The notes beneath the pieces are model-generated. The model did no database searches. It was not told the origin of the DNA and saw only the letters and a program-made list of their open reading frames with translations. From Octopus vulgaris (lineage: Eukaryota), in assembly GCA_951406725.2 (NCBI GenBank), contig OX597816.1, positions 112,220,001 to 112,284,000 of the forward strand: DNA of 64,000 nucleotides, read 5' to 3'. How positions within the stretch are numbered: position 1 is the first letter of the stretch; every line of letters starts with the position of its first letter. Below are positions 1 through 11,380 of the stretch, piece after piece. The position numbers were made by a program, and so were the translations under genes.

Positions 1-649
1 AAGGAAACAATCTTGCTACATCCTTCCTGCACATAAACAACATTTATAATTAAATCCAGCAAAGTCACTACAAAACTCACAATTTTTATCTCACAGATAT
101 AGCATAACTAAAACAGTATTTCAAAGACCAAGTTTCTTTTCCTTCTTCAGTACTAGAAAACGCATCTGAAGGAAGTGAATTAGCAGAGTTGTTAGAATAG
201 CAGATAGAATGCCTTGTCATATATCTTCTGACTCTTTGTATTTTGAGTTCAAATCCTTCCAAGGTCAACTTTGGCTTTTCCTCTTTTTGGGGTTCATGAA
301 AAGGTACCAATCAAACATGGTGCATGCACAGAATGGTAAAAATGTTGGAGCAGATGCTTTGCAGCATCTGTCCTGGTTTTTAACATTCTGAGTTAAATCT
401 TGTTATGGTTTACTTGGGATGTAGACTTAGTTCATCACACCATTACCTGGCACCTTGAGTGGATGCCATTAGTGGACTCCACAATGCTGTAAGCATTTGT
501 GACGAGTCTCCACTCTGAGGATACCTCCCTCCCAGCAATGTAGGAGCCCAGTAAAAGTTCAATGATGCAGCCCTTCCACCTGTTTAAAAGATGAAAAAAT
601 AAATTACTGCACTACTCACAAATCTGTAGTGATTCTATTGCTATTGTTT

Positions 650-941
650 TTGTTTGTTTCTTCTCGAGCCATGCCTGGCTCATAAGAGCCGGTTTCCCAA
701 TTTCCTTGGCTTATAGGTTCCCCACCCGGATGGGATGCCGGTTCATTGCAGGTGAGCTGCAAGATGCAGGAGGAAAGAATGAGAGAGAGTTGTGGCAAAA
801 GAGTCAGCAGAAGTTCGCCATTACCTTCTGCCGGAGCTTAGGTGTTTCGCTCATAAACACACACATTGCCCAGTCTGAGATTCGAACCCGTGATCCCTCG
901 ACCACGAGTCTGCTGCTCTAAACACTAGGCCATGTGCCTCC
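650..941 (-). mobile_element. tRNA-derived SINE (family B variant)
   Basis: Minus strand starts GGAGGCACATGGCCTAGTGTTTAGAGCAGCAGACTCGTGGTCGAGGGATCACGGGTTCGAATCTC (A box TGGCCTAGTG, B box GGTTCGAATC); A-rich tail near 650. Confidence 0.75.
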
Positions 942-1254
942 ACCTATTGCTATTACACACTCAAATATCCCTGGTTGCATCTAAATATAAGTCATCTGAG
1001 TGGCCAACAGTTAAAAATTTGCACTCCACCCTAGCAATCAGATGTGCTACTTTCATCTGTATTTTTTTCTACGACTACTTCTTTGGTCTCTGCTCCTCTC
1101 AATTAGCAAGCTGCACATATTTTCATCCAAGTATCCCTGATAGACTTGATTCTGTCCTTGTCATTCTAGTTGTAAGATTCTAAACAAAACTCATTGTTCA
1201 ATTCTTCTTTGCTGCTCACATTTTTTACCTCCCACTTCTACTTTTTCCTGTCAG

Positions 1255-1313
1255 CATCAATGTCCACAAGTTCAATATGAACATCAGTCTCAACGATGAG
1301 AAATTCTACAAAG
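1255..1313 (+). CDS. Candidate internal coding micro-exon of an unidentified host gene (INVHKFNMNISLNDEKFYK)
   Basis: Long polypyrimidine tract ending ttttcctgtcag, 59-nt open frame, donor AAG|gtaatg; not recognisably repeat-derived. Confidence 0.35.
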
Positions 1314-1780
1314 GTAATGGACAGAGGGCAGTTTGTTCAATCAACTCATTTCTAATCTCTCAACACTTATAATGTGTTGGTGAAAACATAAACAAATCTG
1401 TGAAATATTTTATATCAAACCTCAGAAAACTTTTATTTCTTTCAGTAATTCTATATCACCCAAGAATTTATTATCAACTGAGTTTATTATAGGACTTGGT
1501 TAGAAGCAAAGGAAACATGATAAAATATGGCAATGTAATATGGTTAATTAAACAAAATGACATATGTTTAGATACCAGTACACTATATTTATAAATAATG
1601 AAAAATGTCAAACATTTAGAAATAATGCATATGTGTATGAGTATACATAAATAGAACTCCTATTGAGAGGTACTTAGAAGCTAGACACAGTAAATATATA
1701 TATTTTTTTTTTGCACTTATGACTTAAGATATTTTTCTGCATCTTTGATTAAACCAAAAACATAGATGATAAAATGACAC

Positions 1781-2085
1781 AGGCATGGCTACTACATGGA
1801 TAAAAATTTTGCTTTACAACCACATGGTTTTAGGTTCAATTCTATTGCATGGCACTTTGGAAAAGCATCTTTTATGCTATCTTTAGATTGATTAGTATCT
1901 TGTGAATTGAATTTGGCTGATAGAAATTGTGTGAAGACTCCATCCTATGTGAGGGGGAGAGTGGTTAAGAAGTTCGCTTTTCAACCATTTGGCTTCAGTT
2001 CAGTTTTTCCATGTAGAACCTTGAGCAAGTGTCTTCTAATATAGGCTCTGGTTGACCAATCTGACATTCATAGAACTTGCTAAAG
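1781..2085 (+). mobile_element. Two degenerate tRNA/CORE-like SINE copies (family C)
   Basis: Similar to the head of 22885-23330 (caaccacatggtt...ggcaccttgggcaagtgtcttct...gccttgtgagtggatttgg). Confidence 0.6.
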
Positions 2086-2885
2086 AAAGCAAAGACTTTA
2101 ACATCCACTTTTCCATGCTTATTTGGGATCAGACAGAATTCACTGAGACAGACTTTTCTATTACCGTGAATAACATCAATAGTGCAGAGAGGGAAGGGTG
2201 GTATGCATGGTTCTTCCATAAACAATCGTGCCTGGACTTGTGCTCCAGAAGGGAATTTTCTATGTGCAATCCCATGGTCATTTGTGACTGAAGGGGGTCT
2301 TCACCCTTTACCAATAATGCATATATAATACAAAAACATGATTCAGACTGTGATAGTCAATAAAATAGAAATAGAATTTTAAAGGTTATTCTTCCTGTAC
2401 AGTCTGGTACCAAACTGATCCATGGGCTGGTGCTGGTCAGCAGTCCAGTGGTTGATGACTCCTGCACTAGATAACAAACAAAAAGTTACCATTAAATAGG
2501 ATCTGGTATGATCACAGCTGAAATATCTTTAATTCCAGGTTTGTTTGATCAAGTTCAGACTGGGGCTCTAACTAAAAGAATAAAGAATAATGGAAAGTGC
2601 GTGTGGACTAGAAAGTGACAACCACCACCACCATCATCAGAACTATTTTAATGTCCACTTTTCTATGCTTGCATGGGTCAGATGGAATTTGTTGAGATAG
2701 ATTTTCTAGGACTGAATACTCCTCCTATCCCCAACCTTCATCTGTTTCCTAGCAAAATAATATTTCTCTATGTCTGAATATTGCTTGTATATCAATGATG
2801 TTAGTGCTGTTCGTTTATAAATATCACATGATGTCAAAACAAGGAAACACAAACGCACATATACACACACTTGCTTATGTACATG

Positions 2886-2923
<38 letters not shown>

Positions 2924-3534
2924 TATATATACACATATATATAACAAGTTTTGTTCAGTTCCTGTATACCAAATCCACAACTATAGCTTTAGGCATTGGT
3001 TAACTTCAGGCTATCATAGAGGGCACATATGACTAAGGTGCCATGCTGTGAGACTGACCTCAAAAGATGGGAAGAAATTTCTTAACCACACAGCAATGTT
3101 TGTTCCTACTTCATAACCACACAGACTTTGAAAGACATTTACATCTCCAGCAATTTGAGAAAGAAAAAAAGGTCACACATCACTGTAGGTTAATGAAATA
3201 CCTAAGAAATGTAGTAGAGACTATTTATGTGAAACATAAACCAACTAATCTACTGTTTTATTATTCTAGAGAGACATATAGAGAGAAAGCAGAGGAGTGG
3301 TGTAGTCATACATCAACAGATGCATTACCACATTACTAAATATATATTAAAATCCGTTTTGCTAATATCAAAATGAATCACTCATATATTTACACATAGT
3401 ATATCATTATCATTAAGGCAATCATTATAAAACTGCCAAATTTAAGTATCCTTCAGGCAATATATACCTATGTATTAGTATCTGACAACTCAATAAAACC
3501 CTTAAGTATATGCGGTATACTACATACATACCTA

Positions 3535-3751
3535 CAAGGGGGTGCTGAAAAGTTCCTGGCTTTGGGTAAAAGAAAACACAGGAGGAACAGTTAATTATGA
3601 TTTTATCCAACATATACCCCTCTCAGATTCGCACACTTGTTGCAGCAGTCCTTCAGTTTTTCTAAGCCCTGTAAAGGAACTTGGAAGGTTGGACCTTCAA
3701 CCAGGCTTTCAGTGATACCCTTAAAGCCAGGAACTTTTCAGCACACCCTCG
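3535..3751. mobile_element. Mariner-type MITE, 217 bp
   Basis: TIRs CAAGGGGGTGCTGAAAAGTTCCTGGCTTT / AAAGCCAGGAACTTTTCAGCACACCCTCG with TA on both sides. Confidence 0.85.
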
Positions 3752-3817
3752 TATGTGATGCATGCACACATATGCACATATGTACACAATGTGGACCAAT
3801 ATATGCATTATATATAT

Positions 3818-3986
3818 ATCATCATCATCATCATCATTTAGCGTCCGCTTTCCATGCTAGCATGGGTTGGACGGTTCAACTGGGGGTCTGTGAAGCCAGA
3901 AGGCTGCATCAGGCCCAGTCTGATCTGGCAGTGTTTCTATGGCTGGATGCCCTTCCTAACAGCAACCACTCCGTGAGTGTAGTGGG

Positions 3987-3991
<5 letters not shown>
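3818..3991 (-). mobile_element. 5'-truncated RTE LINE 3' end with (ATG)n tail
   Basis: Near-identical to 5591-5772. Confidence 0.9.
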
Positions 3992-4036
<45 letters not shown>

Positions 4037-4149
4037 CTGGTCAAGTCAGTCTTTTGTTACTCTGAGTTTCACCTTTGGGTGCACAGTCAATACTGAATAT
4101 ATATATATGCATGTATGTATGTGTATATGCATGGTGGTTGTCTACTCCT

Positions 4150-4490
4150 TATGCAGAATTTGACCACCTCCAGTACATACACCTTAGAACCATCATGGCA
4201 TCTGATGTGGCTTTTTTAACCAGGCAATGTTTTCAAAAAGACACCCATGTAGAATGCATATCCGATTTGGACCACCAACAGCTGCAGATAAGTTCTGATC
4301 TTTGTGGATCTTAAAATGTCTTTTGAGGCCGCCATTAGATTTGAAAACCTTCTGGCATACATTGCATTCACTGGTGTGCACAGACACATAGGCAGAATAG
4401 TTGGTGGAGGTCCGTTTTCCACGGATTCACAAATGAGATTTGAGCCCAGCCAAAGAAAGGCATAGTCAGTCATAAAGGATAAAATCATTC
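4150..4490 (-). pseudogene. Fragment encoding C2H2 zinc fingers, probably the C-terminus of an RTE-type LINE ORF
   Basis: CNVCQKVFKSNGGLKRHFKIH, then a frameshifted second finger (...FxTLPG*KSHIRCH); isolated among repeats. Confidence 0.5.
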
Positions 4491-5243
4491 ATGATTTTAT
4501 CAGGTAGTCAGCACAAAAATAAAGAAAAAACCTTGCAAGTAAATTTTTCTAAATACTATATTAATATTTATATACATAATTATAACAAGGGATCAGAAAC
4601 AAGACTCTCCACTTGCTGAAAATAGATGCCAAATGACGCTAAAAACCACATTATAAACTCCAAAAACACAGTTTGTGGATGGGTAAAAGAAAAATAATAA
4701 ACCAAACTGTTAGTTAATTGTATATTAGAAATAATTTCAGGCTAAAGCTAATAAATACTGTCATCATCAGCATAGATATTCCAGAGAATAAATGTACAAG
4801 TACCTACACATACCTATACAAGCAGCGACATCACAGTAATATATACACACACTTACAAAATAACACATGCCACTGGAACGGGAGCCAGTGAGGCAGACCT
4901 GGCAGTGGCCATGTCCAGATGGTGCTTTTTATGTGCCACTGACACAGGAGCCAGTCAGGGAGCACTGGCTGCAGCTACGATTTTGGTTTTACTTGACTCA
5001 ACAGGTCTTCTCAAGCATATCATATCGCCTAACACATATGAATATGCTGTGGAGTATTCCGATGCTTTGAAATATATTGAGTGAATATGAACACTGACCT
5101 TTGAAATTTGTTCTCTCTATCTTATATATATATATATATATATATATATACAACTTATATTTTGGATATATTTAGGGTACTTAATTGTGCTCATGCATCT
5201 TCCATGTGTATAAGTAAGTATTTCATTTATTCCTTTGCTGCAT

Positions 5244-5304
5244 TTATCACTGACAAAGAGAAGGTTCTTCTGAATTAACTCTGAAATCGGGTCCGATATG
5301 ATAA
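5244..5304 (+). ncRNA. Minimal type I hammerhead ribozyme (core variant CUGACAA)
   Basis: Stem I UUAUCA/UGAUAA; core CUGACAA; stem II AGAG...CUCU; GAAA; stem III UCGG-GU-CCGA; cleavage triplet AUA. Confidence 0.75.
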
Positions 5305-5765
5305 TAACGGAATTTTTTAGAAATTTCTGTCGGCTTTCTTCGAGAGGCATGCTTATAGTGATGAATTATAATGGTTACTGACGTTGTCTATTTTCGGCAT
5401 GTTTGGCATTAGAAATTTTTTTCTTTTGCCCTTGTTTATAAGTTGTTTATAAATTCATCCTTTAAAAGTATTTTTTAATATGCTGACCATTGGTAGAATA
5501 TTTTCGAAAAATTTTATCCTATATTAGATGTATATATATATGTAAGCATAGAAGAGAGTCCAATATATATGTATGTATATATATATATATATCATCATCA
5601 TCATCATCATCATCATCGTTTAGCGTCCGCTTTCCATGCTAGCATGGGTTGGACGGGTCAACTGGGGTCTGTGAAGCTGGAAGGCTTCGTCAGGCCCAGT
5701 CAGATCTGGCAGTGTTTCTACGGCTGGATGCCCTTCCTAACGCCAACCACTCCGCGAGTGTAGCG

Positions 5766-6318
5766 GGTGTTTTTTACGTGCCACCTGCACAGGTGCCAGA
5801 CAGAGCTGGCGAACAGCCACGAACGGATGGTGCTTTTACGTGTCACCGGCACGGGGCCAGGCCGATGCTGGCAATGGACACGAACGGATGGTGCTTTTAC
5901 GTGCCACCGACACGGTTGCCAGACAGAGCTGGCAAACGGCCACGAGCGGACGGTGCTTTTACGTGTCACCGGCATGGGGGCCAGCCGAGGCTGGCAACAG
6001 ACACGAACGGATAGTGCTTTTACGTGCCACCGACACGGGGCCAGACAGAGCTGGCAAACGGCCACGAACGGATGGTGCTTTTACGTGCCACCGACACGGG
6101 GCCAGACAGAGCTGGCAAACGGCCACGAACGGACGGTGCTTTTACGTGTCACCGGCACGGGGCCAGGCAAGGCTGGCAACGAACATGAACGGATGGTGCT
6201 TTTACGTGCCACCGACACGGGGCCAGGCAGAGCTGGCAAACGGCCACGAGCGAATGGTGCTTTTACGTATCACCGGCACGGGTGCCAGACGAGGCTGACA
6301 GCAGACATGAACGGATGG
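5766..6318 (-). repeat. Tandem array of nine ~61-bp units in the RTE 3' UTR
   Basis: Unit on plus strand GGTGCTTTTACGTG(C/T)CACCG(A/G)CACGGGGCCAG-N6-7-CTGGCAA...CGAACGGAT; two variants ordered ABABAABAB. Confidence 0.95.
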
Positions 6319-6365
6319 GTCACTTAACCCCTGCTTTCTGATATATGATTTGATTTTGATTGTTC

Positions 6366-9360
6366 TCACTGGTCTTGCCGGGTCTTCTCACGCACAGCAT
6401 ACTTCCATAGGTCTCGGTCTCTGGTCATTTCCTTGGTGAGACCTAGAGTTCGAAGGTCGTGCTTCACCACCTCGACCCAGGTTTTCCTGGGTCTACCTCT
6501 TCCACAGGTCCCCTCAACTGCCAGGGTGTGGCACTTTTTCACACACCTATCTTCATCCATTCTCACCACATGACCATACCAGCGCAATCGTCTCTCTTGC
6601 ACACAACATCTGATTCCTCTTAGGTCCAACTTTTCTCTCAAGGTACTTACACTCTGTCGACTATGAACACTGACATTACACATCCAACGGAGCATACTAG
6701 CTTCATTTCTCGCGAGCTTACGCATGTCCTCAGCAGTCATGGCCCATGTTTCACTGCCATGTAGCATGGCTGTTCATACACATGCATCATACAGTCTGCC
6801 TTTTACTCTGAGCGAGAGGCCTTTAGTCACCAGCAGAGGTAAGAGCTCCCTAAACTTTGCCCAGGCTATTCTTACTCTAGCCGTTACACTTTCAGCACAC
6901 CCACCCCGACTACTGACTTGGTCACCAAGATAACGGAAGCTATCAACTACTTCTAGTTTTTCCCCCTGGAAAGTGACGGAAGTTGTTTTCTGCAGATTTT
7001 CAGAGGTTAATGCTCCCGAGCATCTGCCACATACAAAAACCATCTTCCTAGTTAGGCTTCCTATGACATTGCTGCACCTCTTATGTGTCCATAGCTTACA
7101 CTTGGTGCATCTTATAGAGTTTCTACCTACACCTTTTCTACAGATCGAGCAGGGCCATCTACCTGAAGGCGTTTGTGATTTGTCTACCTTTCTACTTATT
7201 AGGACTTTGGTTTTAGCTAGGTTGACTCTAAGGCCCTTCGATTCTAAACCATACTTCCACACCTGAAACTTCTTCTCCAGTTCTGATAATGACTCAGCAA
7301 TTAGAGCAAGGTCATCAGCATAGAGGAGCTCCCAGGGGCATCCTGTCTTGAATTCATCCGTTATTGCCTGGAGGACTATGATAAATAGGAGGGGACTGAG
7401 GACTGAGCCTTGGTGGACCCCTACCTCTACCCGGAATTCTTCACTGTACTCATTTCCAACCCTCACCTTACTAGCAGCGTCCCTGTACATGGCTTGCACA
7501 GCTCTCACTAACCATTCATCTATTCCTAGTTTCCTCATTGACCACCATATGAGGGATCGGGGGACCCTGTCAAAGGCTTTCTCCATGTCAACAAAAGCCA
7601 GGTACAGGGGCTTATCTTTGGCTAGGTATTTCTCCTGCAGCTGCCTTACCAGGAATATAGCATCAGTGGTACTTTTCCCTGGCACGAAACCAAACTGCAT
7701 CTCATCTAAACTAACTCTCTCTCTAATTAGTTGGCTTATGACCCTCTCTGTAACCTTCATCACCTGATCCAACAGCTTGATACCTCTGTAATTATTTGTA
7801 TCTAGGGCATCACCTTTACCTTTGTAGCAGTTGACTATTATGCTGCTACACCAGTCATTGGGTATGACTCCTTCATGTATCACCTGATTAACTATACTGG
7901 TGACTAGGCTATAGCCGACACTACCAGATATTTTGAGCATCTCTGCAGTGATACCTGATGGGCCTGGGACTTTCCCTGTCTTCATGCTTCTAATTGCCTT
8001 AGCTACTAAGGAACTATCAACCCTGATAGCTGGTCCCTCTGTTGGGTCAACGTTCGGCAGACTCTCTTTATCCCATTCATTTTCTTTATTCAGCAACCTT
8101 TCATAGTGGCGTCTCCAAGCCTCTCTCTTTGCATCCTCGTTTAGCGCAAGTGAACCATCTTCCATGCGAACACACTTCTCTCCCACCACATCACAATTCT
8201 CTCTCACACACTGTCTTGCAACGCGAAACACCTCCAGTCTTTGGTCCTCACGGCGCAGAACATTGGCAAATTTTTTCTTATCTGCTTCCCCTCTGGCTAG
8301 ATAGACCTGTCTCCTAGCTTCCCTTTTAGCAGTCTGATACAATTCCCTGCTACCACCATTCTTCCAGTGCTTCCAAGTCTGTCTCTTTTCTCTAATAGCC
8401 CTGTCTACGACACTGTTCCACCACCACGTTACCTTGGGACGAGAGGGGACTTTGCACCAGCCACAGATCTGGTCAGTGGCTCTCAGCAGGTTGTCCCTTA
8501 GAAACGTCCAGTTGTCCTCTACCCCATGTGATACTCTATCCCCTTCTACTTCGTCAAAGGCTTCAAGTAACATCTCTCTAAATCTCTGTCCATTCACAGG
8601 ATCCTTAAGCTTCCAGATCCTTCTTCTCCATGTTGGTCGTCTTCTGGTTGTCCTCCTACTCCTGATCCTAAAGTCACTAACTACCAGTCTATGTTGTGGG
8701 GTGCATTCTTCGCCTGGGAAGGTTTTGGCATTTATAAGTAGCCATCTCTCCCTTTGCCTGGCAAGGATGTAGTCAATTTGGCTGGTATGTTGGCCCGATC
8801 GGTAGGTGACTAGGTGGCTGGTAGGTTTCCTGAAGTTAGTGTTGCAAATCATAAGATTATTTGCATCGCAGAACTCCAGCTGCCTGGTTCCCTCCTCGTT
8901 GCGGGAACCAGAGCCATAGCCTCCATGTACGCCGTGGAAGCCCCCAGCATGTCGTCCAACGTGACCATTGAAGTCACCAGCCACAAAGAGAAGGTCTCTG
9001 TCGTTCGTCAACGAGGTAGTCTGCAGTAGAGTGTCATAGAATCGGTCTTTCTGTCCATCAGGTAGCCCCGACTGAGGAGCATAGGCTGATATAATGGTTG
9101 CTAAACTATGATGAAGTGCTAATCTAATCTTAAGTATTCTGTCGCATACTCTGATTACCTCAATTACTTTATCTACCCATTTCTCAGCGATAAGTATACC
9201 CACGCCTCCAACCCCGTCAGTGTTCCCTGCCCAGAAAATCTTGTACCTGTGTTCCTTGCCTGTGAGGAACCTAGCAGAACCTCCTCTCCACCTTACTTCT
9301 TGCATGCAACATATATCCACACGTCTCCGTTCAAGCATCTCAACTATCTCGCCAGACCTA
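6366..9360 (-). pseudogene. RTE endonuclease/reverse transcriptase ORF with internal PHD finger, interrupted by one in-frame TGA at 6774-6776
   Basis: ORFs 6774..9395 and 6366..6767 are in the same frame (DACV*TAMLHGSETW); RTE C-terminal motifs RRLRWYGHV and RGRPRKTW. The ORF-track N-terminus upstream of 9360 is flanking sequence. Confidence 0.92.
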
Positions 9361-9370
9361 CACACACATA

Positions 9371-9690
9371 TAGAGTAAATATTATTTGACAACATAATGT
9401 GGCAATCCTGGTTAGGACAATTGCTACTGTGATTTAGCCCCAGGAAACATCATCTCCATCTGGTTATATGATGCACTATCTGCATCCTTATATTTTCAAA
9501 CAAGGGCATTTTTCAAACAAGATATTGCTTTGAGGTGAGTGAGGATACTAAACTCTTTTGCTCAAAGATATAAGGACACAGATAGTGTGTCGTATAGCCA
9601 GCAGGAGACAATGTTTCCTCGGGATAAATAACAGTAACAGTCATTCTAACGAGGACTGTCACGTTATGTTGGCAAATAATCTTGTCTCTA
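9371..9690. mobile_element. Foldback MITE with ~135-bp imperfect inverted arms
   Basis: TAGAGTAAATATTATTTGACAACATAATGTGGCAATCCT... aligns with the reverse complement of ...AGGACTGTCACGTTATGTTGGCAAATAATCTTGTCTCTA. Confidence 0.75.
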
Positions 9691-9774
9691 GAGTACTGTT
9701 ACTGAATGTCTCCCATCCAGAGATTTAGAAATAATAATTTTCTGTCAATACATATATATATATATATATATATA

Positions 9775-10100
9775 TGATGGACTCTCCTGTTGAAAACAAC
9801 ATATGAGTGTTCGGCTTTTGCTGAACAACCTGCACAAACGATTTGTTTATAGTGATTAAATGTATGTGCTGTACTCTATTTTCTACGCTTGCATATATAT
9901 GTATATATCACTCCCTCTATCAAATCAACATTGCCCAATAAGGTGCACAGGTATATCACACATCAGGTATTGAAGTGATCACAGAGCAACATAAGATGAA
10001 GTGTTTTGCTCAAGAACACAATGCACCACTTGGCCTAGGAAGTGAAACCATGATCTTGCAATCATGAGTACATTACCCTAACCATTGGCCTATACATCCT
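9775..10100 (-). mobile_element. tRNA-derived SINE (family B), degenerate
   Basis: Homologous to 27105-27400 in reverse orientation. Confidence 0.6.
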
Positions 10101-10249
10101 TACGTATGTATGTATATATACATATTGTTGTTGTCATGATAATTTTATAAACTTTTGAGAGAAGATGAAATAATTTTTTGGGGAATATCTCAAGGCATAT
10201 ACATAAAGCTATAGATAATGGCCTGTAAATATTGAGTTTAAATACACTT

Positions 10250-10338
10250 CTATATATATCTATGTGTATGTATTATGTATATATATATATATATATATGT
10301 ATAAATATTGTGTATGTATATATGTATATATATGTATA

Positions 10339-10374
<36 letters not shown>

Positions 10375-10547
10375 CATACATATATACATACATGTATTAT
10401 GTATGTATATATATATGCATATATGTATATAATAAATATAATATATATACACACATACGTACATGTATTATGTATGTATATATGTATATATGTTATACAT
10501 ATATAGAAGTATAGATGCATGCACACATGCATACATACAGATATGCA

Positions 10548-10582
<35 letters not shown>
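10250..10582. repeat. Compound (TA)n/(TATG)n microsatellite
   Basis: Seen directly; source of spurious YI-rich ORFs. Confidence 0.95.
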
Positions 10583-10583
<1 letters not shown>

Positions 10584-11064
10584 GCAATAAGTGTCAACAA
10601 TGTTTCCCGCAGACCAGATAAGGAAATCAATATGACTATACATATTAATTCATAATTCTTGGAACGTATACTGACACATGCATTGTTGCTTAGAATCTCA
10701 TTTCTTTACAGGATTTTTCTTTTTATCAAGTTAGTCATACTAATGTTGAGGTAACAAAAAACCTCATTGTACACATTTCAATACAATCTTGTTTCCTTAA
10801 GCAAAATATGTTTCATTTTGTTTCAGTGACATTTAGCAGATGTGTATACAATATTTCAATAATCTTAATATACAAGGGATAAATTTTAATCTGATCTCCT
10901 CCAGTTTAACTTATGAGTTGTAAATTCATGACAATTTATATCATAAATCAATCTTAACATTCTAAAGACTATAATATCAGGGTTTTTTAAGCAAAGTGTG
11001 TATGATTTATATTATGAGAAACTTAATTATTCTAAGTAGTGTTATATCTCTTTTGTTATGTGAA

Positions 11065-11380
11065 GGTATATAACTTAGTGGTTAGAGTATTAGGCTCTTC
11101 TTTACAAGGTTGCAAGTTCAAAGCTGGGCAGTATGTTGTATCCTTGGACAAGACATTTTGTTTTATGTTACTCCAGTTCACTCAGTTGGCAAAAATGTGT
11201 AGTATCTGGATTTCAAAGGGCCAACCTTGTCACATTCTGTGTCACACTGAATTTCCCTGAAAACTACATTAAGTGTCTGTGGAGTACTCAGCCAATTGCA
11301 TGTTAATTTCACAAGCTGGTTTATCTGTTGGTTAGATCAACTGGAACACTCATTGTAGTAACCAACAGAGGGCTAGTTAT
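11065..11380 (+). mobile_element. tRNA-derived SINE (family B), degenerate
   Basis: cttagtggttagagta A box; ccttggacaagacatttt...ctccagttcactcag core. Confidence 0.6.

Larger units (their letters stand above)
5591..9360 (-). mobile_element. Young RTE-clade non-LTR retrotransposon, 5'-truncated inside the APE domain
   Basis: Single long ORF with APE (DICCMQEVRW, AYAPQ, GDFNGHVG, QIDYIL, PQHRLV) and RT (YRGIKLL, DMEKAFD, HQGSVLSPLLF, YADD, FRYLG); ~770-nt 3' UTR; (ATG)n tail 5591-5616; CpGs retained. Confidence 0.97.

Noticed and set aside
5766-6318. CRISPR-like repeat array
   Set aside because: Units are contiguous with only 6-7-nt variable loops, no unique spacers and no cas genes; it is a LINE 3' UTR in eukaryotic DNA.
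5649-6327. Overlapping ORFs of 115-186 aa
   Set aside because: By-products of the GC-rich tandem array.
6973-9029. Plus-strand ORFs of 70-140 aa
   Set aside because: Antisense shadows of the RTE ORF.
9361-9395. N-terminus MLSNNIYSICVC of the 873-aa ORF
   Set aside because: Comes from flanking CA repeat and MITE sequence; the LINE is truncated at ~9360.
10232-10643. YI/CV-rich ORFs (also 17528-17819 and 54720-55739)
   Set aside because: Translations of microsatellites.
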